Assembly (NCBI RefSeq): GCF_004010195.1
Contig: NW_025214928.1
Location: forward strand, 1-33,835
Origin: Chiloscyllium plagiosum
Taxonomy: Eukaryota
Reading direction: 5' to 3'
DNA: 33,835 bases
A program made the translations under genes and the position numbers. Within the stretch, counting starts at the first letter, position 1. Each line of letters starts with the position of its first letter. The notes under the pieces are model-generated. The model was not told the origin of the DNA and made no database searches. It saw only the letters and a program-made list of their open reading frames with translations. This document shows positions 14,786-25,304 of the stretch, piece by piece.

Positions 14786-15165
14786 AATTCTCCTGCTCCT
14801 TGGATGCTGCCTGACCTGCTGCGCTTTTCCAGCAACACATTTTCAACTCTGATCTCCAGCATCTGCTGTCCTCACTTTCCCTCCTATTTTATTATGCATT
14901 TTATTACTAAAAAATATGATTGCAAAACATTACACATTTGAAAATGTTAATCAATTAGAAAAATGCAACATTTTATGTTTTTCCATTGTCTGTAGAACTG
15001 CATATATTCTTTTAACATTAGATTGTCAATAAATCCCTCCAAACTTCTGTAAAGTTAAAGAATCTTATATTTAAATTGGTCAGGGAATGTTTGTGTACTT
15101 TCCCACTTAGGGAAAAGAATATAGGGGTTTGAAGCTTACAAGTGTTTGATCTGACAGAAATGTTT

Positions 15166-15278
15166 GAATCATAGAATCCCTAGCGTGGAAGCAGGCCATT
15201 CGGCCCATGAAGTACACAGCGACCATTCGAAATAGCACGCACCCATATCAACCCCTACTCTGTCCCTGCAACCCTGCA
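15166..15278 (-). mobile_element. 3' tail fragment of an HE1/V-SINE-like SINE (CR1-derived tail)
   Basis: gaatcatagaatccctagcgtggaagcaggccattcggccc... resembles the tail of the SINE at 25346-25651 in this window. Confidence 0.6.
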
Positions 15279-16087
15279 ATGTTGTGTTACAAACTTTCAA
15301 CAAACTTCCTTAAAAAGCCTATAATCAAATTTGATTTCAAATCTGTTTTTGGCCAAAGAAAATACCAGCAATGCTTCTACAGCAGCTTAATTTGCCAAAG
15401 TTTTATTGAAAAAAATGGTTGAACGCATTATTGTAAAGACTGAATAAATTCAAAAATTGGATAAAGAATATTTTCTGAAATAAGAAGATTTAAGCATTTA
15501 GCATCCTGCAAATTATCTACCAGCAACCACTGAAGGGGATGATTTGTCACTGCAAGAAACTGACATCCAGAATGCAAGTCCCTTCTGAAATCATCAGTTT
15601 ACAGAATACAGAGATCTCATTTTGTTGAGCATGTGCACCTGGAAACACTTCCTGAATATAAAAGCAAAATGGGACAAATGCCCAAAGCATTACAGTGTTC
15701 AGTATAAATTTGAACACTGTACTAATCACATTTATTTATGTTTCAAAAATACTACAAAATTTCAATGCTGATTTTTAACAGACATTTATTTGGTTTTCTT
15801 AGAATTTAAATCAGAGAAACATCTATGATTGTACCTGTAAGAGGCAACTGGTGTAGATACATATGCACACAAAGTTTAGCTAACTAATATCCATTTCACC
15901 ACAAAGTTCTGACTGGCTGTTTTGGAGAGGGGATGAGTTGAGAAGGGCGAAGTTCTATTTTTATCAAAAGTAACATTCTCAAGAGGATTATTTCACTTCC
16001 AATCCAAATTTAGCAATGGGGAAAATATACAAAAGAATTGTATATATTCATAAAAAAATACCTGCCAAATTTTTTATAAAAGGAATA

Positions 16088-16642
16088 TAGTCATACAATA
16101 GACCTCAATCCAATCACTTTATAATTCCAAACTAAACTAGACCCACCTGCCTGCTCCTGGCCCTTTTCCCTCCCAACCTTTCCTTTTCATGTATCTATCC
16201 AAATGTCTTTTAAGCAGTGTAATCGTACCCACATCCACCATTTTTTAAGGAAATTCATTCCACTTGCAAACACCCTCTGTGTAAAACATTTGCCTCTTAT
16301 GTCTTGTATAAATCTCTCTCCTCTCACCTTGACAATGTGCCCCATAGTCTTGAAATCCCCCATCCTAGGAAAAAAGACAACCATTAACTCTACCTAAACC
16401 TCTCATTATTTTATGAACTTCAATCAGATCGCCTCTCAATGTACTATGCTTCAGTGAAAACTGTCACAGTCTATCCAGCCTTTCTTTATAACTTAAACTT
16501 TCCATACCCAAAAACATCTCTTCTGAACCCTCTCCAACTTTATAATATCCTCCTCCAACTGATAACCAGAACTGGACATAGTATTTCAAAAGAGGCCTCA
16601 TCAATGTCCTGTACAACCTCAATATGACTTCCCAACTCTGAA
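16088..16642 (-). mobile_element. CR1 LINE 3' fragment
   Basis: ORF fragments LRLYRTLMRPLLKYYVQFWLS and FPRMGDFKTMGHIVKVRGERF..DIRGKCFTQRV are canonical CR1 ORF2 C-terminal motifs. Confidence 0.85.
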
Positions 16643-17678
16643 TAAATAGAGTTGTCTTCAGGTAGACTGTATCTTCAAGCCTTGTATAGGGAGACCACAC
16701 ATCAAAGATTACATTTTTCAACATACAATTTTGTCTAGTCTTAAGAAAAGAATCTGCAACATTTTCAGTGATTTGGCCAGTACCTTGATAAACAATTGCG
16801 CAGAATTTATGCTAAAAGAAATAGGCACTGAACTTCACAAAAGTTGGATTATATGTGCACTGCTCTTTTGGCAGATGCCTAGAGTCTTGTTGCAACAGAC
16901 TAACTTAGCAATGTCCTGAAAATCTGGCAAAACAAAAACTTAAAATAATCTCAATTTTAGCCTTAATTAAATTATTTATCCATTATTTGAAAAAGGTATG
17001 AGTGTGCAAAACAAATATGTATTTTTAAGTTAAAAATGCTATGCCACAGATTTTTTTTCAGATATGCATGTTCTTTCCTCCCTCTCCCACCCAAATCCAC
17101 ACTCCAATCAATTACACAAGTACGTTTTCAATTTTCTACCACTTATGAATAAAAAAAATTCACCATAGTTTTCAAATAGTTTTGCACAGCTCAGTTTCTG
17201 GTATGGTATTTTATGGTTCAGAATTCTGAAGTATTAACTTGCAATTTTTTTGTATTCATATTGAAAAAACTGGTTGATATATCTAAACATATTCTTAAAA
17301 TTACTGAACTTCATCCATACCACAGCAATACTTACGACAATTATTATAAAGTATAATTCACAAAATTATGCATCCTATTGCTGATCTAAAAGCATTTCAT
17401 ACAATGTCAGGTATGTATTCTTAATCACGTTTGTTTTGTTTTATTTTCAACGAAACTGGAAAATTTCCCATCAACCGAAACTCTAGTTCATCTTTTTTTA
17501 AGTTACTTTAACTATGTGATCATTCTTTTAAAAACAAAACATATCCCTGAGACTGCCTTTTTCAAGATGGAACAAACTCGCTGCTACAAAAAAAACTAAT
17601 TGCTGTAAAATCTGATGTCGTTTTGATTTTCTGTGTGTGTTTATGTGCAGATCTGTAAATGAACTAGAGAAGCTTTCA

Positions 17679-17836
17679 GACCAATCAGCGTTGCCAAGCT
17701 GCATTAGTGCTAGGAATATATATAGAGAGAGAGAGAGCGCAAGTCAAAGCGCCTCCCTGCACACTGCTGCTTTCTCACCACACTGAGCGCTCGAGTCACT
17801 CAGGCAGCCCTGCTCCTGCACAATAATCATGACGTA
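17679..17836 (+). promoter_or_regulatory. Candidate intronic regulatory element / antisense promoter (CCAAT, TATA-like, CRE half-site)
   Basis: GACCAATCAG 17679-17688, TATATATAG 17717-17725, ATGACGTA 17829-17836, with local GC/CpG enrichment inside an AT-rich intron. Confidence 0.4.
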
Positions 17837-18060
17837 TCTTTATTTCCACTATACTTAAAACTACATATTTTTTCTGATAATCAGAATTTTAATCCAAATC
17901 TTCTAATACATTCCTAATCATCTGCCACTCACTACTGGCTGTTCTTTTTTCTTCCTAAAGCGCGATTTTGTGGGGGCTAATCCGGTTTTCCTAGTAAAAT
18001 TTTTGCGGGAGATTCAATTTTTCCTCTCTAAAAGTTTTCTCAGTGATATGAATCTCTCAC

Positions 18061-18120
18061 CAAATTTTCGTAGGTCCTGGGATGCTCCTTGCCCTTCCAG
18101 TCTATTCGTTTCGGCAGCAG
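18061..18120 (-). CDS. PHIP: PHIP coding exon 4 (60 nt, phase 0-0): [20 protein letters not shown]
   Basis: ttttttccAG acceptor and GTGAGA donor at 18060; matches [24 protein letters not shown]. Confidence 0.95.
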
Positions 18121-18267
18121 CTGGAAAAAATAAAACATGGTTACAATCCCCCAAATCCTCCCAAAATCCTCGCCACGCATCTTTCCTTAAAATATCAAAA
18201 GGCGATAGTTTGAAATTAGAATCAAAAGTCCTCTGCAGAGTTAGAATGCGAACTGAATGCAGCCTAC

Positions 18268-18297
18268 CTGCTTCTCCTCCACTTCGCGTATCAGGAC
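18268..18297 (-). CDS. PHIP: PHIP coding exon 3 (30 nt, phase 0-0): VLIREVEEKQ
   Basis: tttcAG acceptor and GTAGGC donor at 18267; VLIREV is the PHIP-type motif (BRWD1/3 have VLVQEL). Confidence 0.93.
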
Positions 18298-18381
18298 CTG
18301 AAAGAGCACAGAAAACCCGTTTATTGTACATCAAAATCAGCCACAAGACAGTATTAAACCCCAAAATGTAGATTTACTCAC

Positions 18382-18440
18382 CTCGGTCGCCTTCTGACAG
18401 GGTCCCGATGCCAAAAATCTGGCTATTAGGAAGTACAATT
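18382..18440 (-). CDS. PHIP: PHIP coding exon 2 (59 nt): (E)LYFLIARFLASGPCQKATE
   Basis: ttttaatAG acceptor and GTGAGT donor at 18381; ELYFLIARFL..GPC is the conserved PHIP/BRWD N-terminal helix. Confidence 0.95.
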
Positions 18441-18542
18441 CTATTAAAATAATAAGACAGTGTTCAGTCATCAGATGCCTGATGGTGGCTGTAAATTTAA
18501 AAATAACCCACATAATCCTTTCTGCTTCATGTGCTTACTCAC

Positions 18543-18582
18543 CAGATTCCAACTCATAGATTTGTTTAGTATCAGCAGGCAT
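18543..18582 (-). CDS. PHIP: PHIP coding part of exon 1 (40 nt): MPADTKQIYELES(E)
   Basis: ATG at 18582 in CCAAACATG context (A at -3) and GTGAGT donor at 18542; phase 1 joins exon 2 in frame. Confidence 0.9.
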
Positions 18583-19555
18583 GTTTGGGGGTGATTTTTT
18601 AGTGTTAAACGGTGAGAGATCCGATGTAATCAGCTAGTTCTGTGCGTGAGTGTTTACTCTCCAGGAAGACTCTCCTCCATTCACCCACATAGAGAGGAGC
18701 CGACTCCTCCAGCAGAGCGACTCCTTCCGCACCAAAAACAGAGTTCCCCGCCCGACAACAAGCACACACACACAGAGCAGAGAGAGAGAGACAAAATCCA
18801 ACACCCACATTTGCAAATGCAAGAAAATAAAATGAAAGGCGGGCGTGAAATCTTGCGTGAGATCTGTGGCACGCGTGTCAGCGCAGGGAGGTGAAGCTTT
18901 AGGGTTTTCGATTTTTTTTGTGTGTGGCGGTGGTTGTCGCTTTTTTTTTGTGAAGCGGATGGATCTGACGCATGGTTTGGGTTCGGGAGGAGGAGGGGGG
19001 TTAGGGTGAGCTGACATTACGCACAGTTACAGGAATGAGCGCAGCTACAATGTAGCGAGGGCAGGGGAAGGAAATGTAGCGAGCGAGGCAGAGGGATACC
19101 GCGCGCGCTCCGGGACCCAACCCAGCCCTTCCGTCCCCTCTCGCTCTCAAGGCGTCCACCCTCCACCGCCTTTGAAATACAATGTCCCCCCCCCAACAAC
19201 AAAATTAACAAGAGGGCAGAAACCTCCCCCTTCGAGCAGTCTTGTTCGAAACCGAAAGAAGAAGGTCTGGAGGAGGAGACAGTAGAGGAAAAAAAAAGAG
19301 GAAGGGGGGAAGAGAGAGAAAAAGAAAGAAACCACCAGAGCATGCTTGTATTTTTCCCCCCTTCTCTCTCTGCTTTTTTTTCTCGGAAGTCAGGGGCTTT
19401 AGTCACAAAAAGCATTCCTTCGGTTCGAGCTGTGCCTTCACAAGGTTGCCGGTAACTGGAGCGACCTATTTATACAGTCAATCTTATCTTGATCGGTGCG
19501 AGAGGGCGAATCTTGGTCGTTTCCGTCGCTGCAAATGGTGAAAAACGTTGCGGGG
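18583..19555 (-). promoter_or_regulatory. CpG-rich promoter / 5' leader of PHIP
   Basis: Sharp rise in GC and CpG content (e.g. ccgcgcgcgc near 19100), ETS-type CGGAAGT at 19384-19390, and TATAAATA on the minus strand at 19474-19467. The TSS cannot be determined from sequence. Confidence 0.75.
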
Positions 19556-21429
19556 AGACAAGACAGCTTTAACAACACTTATTTTGCCAGTCCTGCCTTT
19601 TTAATTTTCTTAATCTGCTTCAAAATTTGGGAACAGACATGTGTGTTTGTTTTTAATTTTAATGTTGATTTTGCGAAGCACTGTGTGGAAAGCTTTATTT
19701 ACCATGAGTTCTTGTGTTGTAACCTTTGCTGTTTCGCGAAAGGACTGTGAGGATAGTGTGTGAATTTCATATTTATCATCATCTAACATACCTGAAAACA
19801 TTAGTGTAAGTTATCTGATTATTAATTTGAAATTGTAATAAAATGCTATTTGATTTCTGATTTCATACTACGAAATGTGTTTTTAATTTAGATTTGTCAT
19901 AAACGTAATCTGTTTGTGTTTAGCTTAGCAGGTAAACCTGATAAATCAAAATAAATGTAATTCCTTATTTTTTTAAAATTATAATAAACATGTAATGTAT
20001 TCATCTTTTAATTTTTGATTTGCGTTAATTCCTAAGGAAAGTGTCTATCGAAGCTGGTCTCTGATCATTGCTATGGGAGCAACTATTTTCTTAGGATTGC
20101 TAAAAGGATTAATCAGGTTTTAAATATGCAAAGCTATTGTAAAATTTATACATTTGTTGGTTGTGTGCATGTGCACTATATAATTTACGTTCCATTTACC
20201 AGTCAGTGTTTCATTCTTTTTACATCAGTTTATTTGGAAGGCAACAATCGGCTTTTAAATTGTTGCTTTCATTGTCGTGTCAATAATGTTACATATAGAA
20301 CACATTTGGCATGAGCTGATCGAGAGTGCCATGTCCCTCAAAGTAAAATTGATGTGGGTTGTTTCTGTCAGTGCAAAATTTGCCCTTCATTGTAGTCCAC
20401 GGAAAAAAAGCCTTGATTAGAAATGTATTTTTTCTTTAATGTATCGTGCACAAATATTATGTTATAGTTTGTTCTATGTAACTAAATGACATTAGTTGGA
20501 AAAGGGTCAATTGAATCAGTACAGTTCACTAAAGTGAATCTACAAATGGAATATTATTTTTGATATACAAATTGGAAGCTAATCTGACAATTTCTCTTGC
20601 TTTGTATTTCTAAATCTTAGTTCCTATATAGGAAAATGATTTTTTTAATATGCATATTAAAAATCTTAAAAATGTTAACCACTCATTTGCATCTTAAATG
20701 TGACTGCATTGTGAAAACCTGAATGTCCTGCTGAAGTTCCAATGTTACATTTCTGTTAGAAGATTGAAATTCCAAAAAAAAACAGCGTTGATGCCCAAAC
20801 TGGGCTGATGAAGGTTTGCATTGCCAATTCTGCACAGTAATCTTATTCTTGCAACAGCAACCCTGAGCAGAGGGATTTCTTCCCCGAACTTGAGTACAGA
20901 GAGCAACGCACTAATGTACCATATGTGTTTCTATAAATTCCAAATTCACTCCAACAAAAAAATCTTTAATCCACTGTAAATAATCAACTATCCTGCTAAA
21001 GCAGAAAGTGTGATTTGTTTGTTTTGTATTTTACACCTGATTGTTGTCACCAATGTTGCTGTTCTTCAGTCATCACAGTGGAAAGACACACAGTTTCACA
21101 TGATCATTGAAGAGGAATGGATCAGCCTCTGTCAACTCATCATTCATCAAATAGAGTGCTGTGCCCCTCTGTGATATTGCCTGTGACCCACCATAAAACT
21201 CCCAGATCAATTACTTCAATTGAGGTAAGAAAGTTGGAATATAACATCGTGAGATGAGAACTCCTGCTTGTGATATGGGGTAAGTCCCTAACCCATATAA
21301 CTACAAATCAGTTGATTAGTTTTCCAGTGAATGACAGTGCAGTGGCAGCACTGATGCTCTGGTCTCTTACCGAATTAAGCCTCCTTTATGTATCATCCTG
21401 GGGGAAGGGGTGGTTATTGACTTATTTTT

Positions 21430-21680
21430 ACAGTACAGGGCACCACAACTGAGCCCAATCTTATTGTCATTTGGCATCCACATATGTTTGATTTCCAACA
21501 GTTGTTGTTGGATAGCAGTCAGAAGTGGGAACTGCAGCTGTTTCTTGCATCTTCTCCTTCAGCCAAGAACGCTGGAGCTAAATGCAGCCTCATCATTGTC
21601 TTGGCTGAGATTGATTAATTTAGTATAGGCTAAAAATGGACCTTGATCTTTTGTGATTTTTCACATTGAGCAAATTATCA
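21430..21680 (-). mobile_element. Old SINE-like repeat remnant
   Basis: Resembles a common shark interspersed repeat as I recall it (ctgagcccaatc...ggatagcagtcagaagtgggaac...ggctgagat); very diverged. Confidence 0.35.
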
Positions 21681-21867
21681 AAGAGTTTGATAATTAAAGG
21701 ATTAGCTTGTGCTTGCAGTGTTGTGTTCCGAACCCATGGGCTTTTCAAACAAACCAGTTCATTCATATGATCCCACAGATTAAATAGACTCTTGTTCTAA
21801 TTTGCTGAGCCTTCCTCAGTTGGCTTTGGACAGTTCTAAATGAGACTGCAATTTGAATGTAATTGTT

Positions 21868-22037
21868 AATTGCTGGAGAAACCCAATAGGTCTGGGGACA
21901 TGTGTGGAGAGAAAGCAGCATTAACACCTTGGTTCTACTGACTCTTTGTCAGACTCTGCTTTCTCTCCACAGATGTTGCAAGACTTGTTGGCTTTCTCCA
22001 GAAACGTCTATCTTTGTTTCAAATTTTCAGCATCCAC
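21868..22037. mobile_element. Older palindromic Penelope-type terminal element
   Basis: 46-bp inverted arms 21873-21918 and 21956-22001 (7 mismatches by hand); the spacer contains a decayed CTGACAA hammerhead-like box on the minus strand. Confidence 0.6.
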
Positions 22038-22689
22038 ATTTATGTTTGTGTTTTGTTTTCCCCAATTTAAATAGCATTTTTTTTCATTTGGATTTGCTAT
22101 TTTTGTGTGATGCAGTGGCATGGTGGAGTTGGTAGCTAAATTCAAGTTGATTTCATTTATGGGCAAGAGATGTTTATGAACAGACCAGGTTTTTCTGTTT
22201 GTTGTACTTGCTGAACCTGTGGCTTTGCTCAGAAAAGCTATGCAGGGCCAGACATGGTTCTGGGGATGTTGAATTCCTTTGAGGAAGGTACAAGCAGCAT
22301 CCCTGCCAAAAAGATCCAGCTTTGCTCAATGTCTTAAAGTTGCTCTTGCTACATAGTCGACATCCTGCATTTGTAAGTGCAGTCAGCTGACATAAAACCA
22401 ATTAATGTTTGACATTTTTACGTTAGAAATGAACATCCCTAAAACTCTTAGTAAATTATGTGATAATTTTCAGGATACAGCATAGCCAATGCTGAAAATT
22501 TCAGCATTGACTAACTTCAGTTGAATCTTGTTTTAATGATTACCGTTTATGTAAGATATCAAATGTATATTTTCCATCATGTTTAAGTTACTGTATAATT
22601 TAAAAATAACCTAAAGTAAGACAAAGGCCAGGAATCATAAACGAGCTTTGACAAATCTGCAAATATTTCTATGGCACATTAGCAATAAT

Positions 22690-24405
22690 TTTCAGTTCCT
22701 TTCTGGACATACGAGAGGTGCCAGAACTGGTTCCACTATTCCAGGAGGGAGCTAGGGATAAACCAGAAAACAATAGGCCAATCTGTCTAACCTCAGTGGT
22801 GGGACAGAATTAATTGTATTTGGAGAGACCGGGATTAATCAAGAACAGTCAGCATGGTTTTGTAAACGGGAAAGGTCAAGTATGACCAACTTGAGTGGCT
22901 GACATCCTAAGGCCTTAAAGGAAGTGGCATCAGAGATTGTGACAATACTCCAAACTTCCCTGGGTGTAGAATAGGTTCCGGGGATTCTGGAAGTGCTAAT
23001 ATTCAAAAATATTATTCAAAAACAGAGAAACTCAGAATGTAAGAAACTGTAGATCAGTTAGTTTAACATGTCGTTGGGAAATTGTTAGAATCCATTATTA
23101 AGAAAATAATAGAGCATTTGGAAAGTCAAAATACCATCCATCCCAGTCGGCATGATTTTATGAAGAGTAAATCACATTTTACTAATTTGCTAGAATTCTT
23201 TAACAATGTAACAAACAATGTGGATAATGGGAATCCTGTAGGTGTAGCATATATCGAGAAAGCATTTGTTGAGGTCCTATACAAAGGTTAGTGCACAAGT
23301 TAAATTACTTCTAACCCTATGTGATCTTATTAGCTTAGAAGGTGGATTGGCTAGCCAACAGAAAGCAGAGTTGAGATAAATGGATCTTTCTCTGGTTGGC
23401 AAGATGCAACTAGTGGGATGCCATAGGGTTCAGTTCTCGTGGCCCCAACTATTTACAATCTATATTAATGACTTGGATGTGGGGATAGAAAATACATAGC
23501 CATATTTTCAGATAACACTGAATTAGGTGGGAATGTAAGTTGCTATGGAGAAATAAGTTGTTAACAAATGGGTATAAATAGGTTAGGTGAATAGGCCAAT
23601 ATTTGGCAGATGAAATTTAATGTGGATAAGTGAGAGGTTATCTATTTTGGTCAGATACAGCTTGTTATCTAAATGGAGAGAAACCTCAGAGTGTTTCAGT
23701 GCAGGGCATCTGGGTGTCCTCATGTATGAATCACAGAAATCTAGTATGCAGATGCCACAGGTGATAAGGAAGACAAATGGATTTTTGGCATTTATAACTA
23801 AAACAATAGAGTATAAAAGTAGGGAAATGTTGCTGCAACTGTATAAGGCATTAATGAGTCTGCAGTTAGAACATTGTGTACAAGTCTGGAACCGTTGCAC
23901 GAGAAGGAACCGTTGCAGTTGTGTTGGAGGCAGTTCTTAAGAAGTTCTCTAGATTTGATTCCAGAGATGACTGGATTATCTTATGAAGGGAGAATGAACA
24001 GTTTAGGTTTATACTCTGGAGTTTAAAAGAATTAGAAAAGATGTAATTGATATGTAAGATTCTAAAAGTGATTGACAAAGTAGATGTAGAAAGGATATTT
24101 CTTATGTAGAGCAATCTAAACTGAGGAATCATACTTTTTGGCTAAGGGATAGCAGATTTAAAGCACACAAATGAGGAGAAATTACTTCTCTCAAAGGGTC
24201 ACTAACATGGAACTTACTACCCCAGAAGGAAGTGAATGCTGGAATTATCTCGTCCTCAAATTTACTCAGACAGTTTTTAATAAATCATTCTTTGAAGAGT
24301 TATGGAGAATGAGCTGGAACGTGGAATTGAGGCTGAGATGAGATCAGTCATTTAAATGATGGGGCAGGCTCGAGGGGCTGAATTGCCTCCTACTGCTCCT
24401 AGTCC
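22690..24405 (+). mobile_element. Composite CR1 LINE remnant (RT domain through 3' UTR; internal junction at ~22895)
   Basis: ORF fragments LESIIKKIIEHLESQN..SRHDFMKSKSHFTNLLEFF and IEYKSREMLLQLYKALMSLQLEHCVQVW; tail ggctcgaggggctgaattgcctcctactgctccta. Confidence 0.85.
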
Positions 24406-25304
24406 TCAAGTAAAGTTTAACTGGTTTCATTACTAAAAATGGCTCAGAACTGACGAAAAGAAATGTGTTTCTGTATTACCAACTTTTCTTGCTATTACAT
24501 TTAGAGATAAATGGATAAGTTTATGCATATTGTGGAATGTGCGGATCTTTGATTTGCATATTACCATCTCAGTGGAGTGGAAAAGTAGTACAGTGTGTCC
24601 ACACCAAGACCTAGCACAAAGTGAAATGCTGTGTTATGGAGGGAAATTGCTGTCAGAATGTGAGCACATTAAATAATTGACACCCTCTGTAGTTTTATTC
24701 AGTGCGCAAGTAGTACTTGTTAGACACGGGTTTGCTAGTTGTGTTGCACTGGCCTTGATTGCAGCATATGGTCTCCTGTGATTGTGCTTCCATGTACAGT
24801 ACAAGGAGACCATGCTACAGATTATTCTGGAGTCAAAATAATGCTTTTTCCAAATTAACCTTTTCAGCCAACTTGGTGCAGTGATGAGTGCAGTTCAATT
24901 CTTTTGGTGAACATCATGGTAGACTTTGGAAAGGTTCACTTTGGTATGATTTTGGGTGAATGTGGATAAAGCGATCAGTAGTGTGAACATTGCTCAGCTG
25001 CACATCACTTTTGAGAAAGGTCAGTGACTCAAACTTTAGAGTAGTGATCATGTGGACCTTAAATATTTGTAACATAAACTGTTAAGTATAAAGAGCGCAA
25101 AGGGGACAGAGTTCATGAAATGTGCACAAGAATACTTCCTTGATCATTGTTTTCATCCAATGAGGACGGAAAGCAGTTCTGCATCTAGTTCTAGGGAATG
25201 CATGGTGACTAGTGAGTTATGCTTCAGTCTGGCAGCTTGTGGGGTTACAGTGGTCAGAGTATTAGTAGGTTTAGTGTTGTTATGGTAAAAAACAATCATT
25301 CAAA

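Larger units (their letters stand above)
14650..14883. mobile_element. Palindromic Penelope-like-element terminal insertion with 93-bp inverted arms and a ~15-bp target-site duplication
   Basis: Arms 14652-14744 and 14755-14847 are near-perfect inverted repeats around a 10-nt spacer. Flanks are ctattttattgtgca (14635-14649) and ctattttattatgca (14884-14898). The Penelope assignment is inferred from the hammerhead motif plus the inverted-terminus architecture. Confidence 0.75.

Noticed and set aside
17970..18371. 133-aa plus-strand and 116-aa minus-strand ORFs
   Set aside because: They overlap PHIP exons 3-4 antisense or out of frame and read through introns; no recognisable homology.
18605..19541. 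Cluster of 60-132-aa ORFs as independent genes
   Set aside because: Low-complexity translations of a GC-rich, purine/pyrimidine-tract promoter, where stops are scarce; considered only as possible uORFs.
23888..23917. 12-bp direct repeat ggaaccgttgca
   Set aside because: Only two copies 6 bp apart inside a CR1; a small slippage event, not an array or CRISPR.
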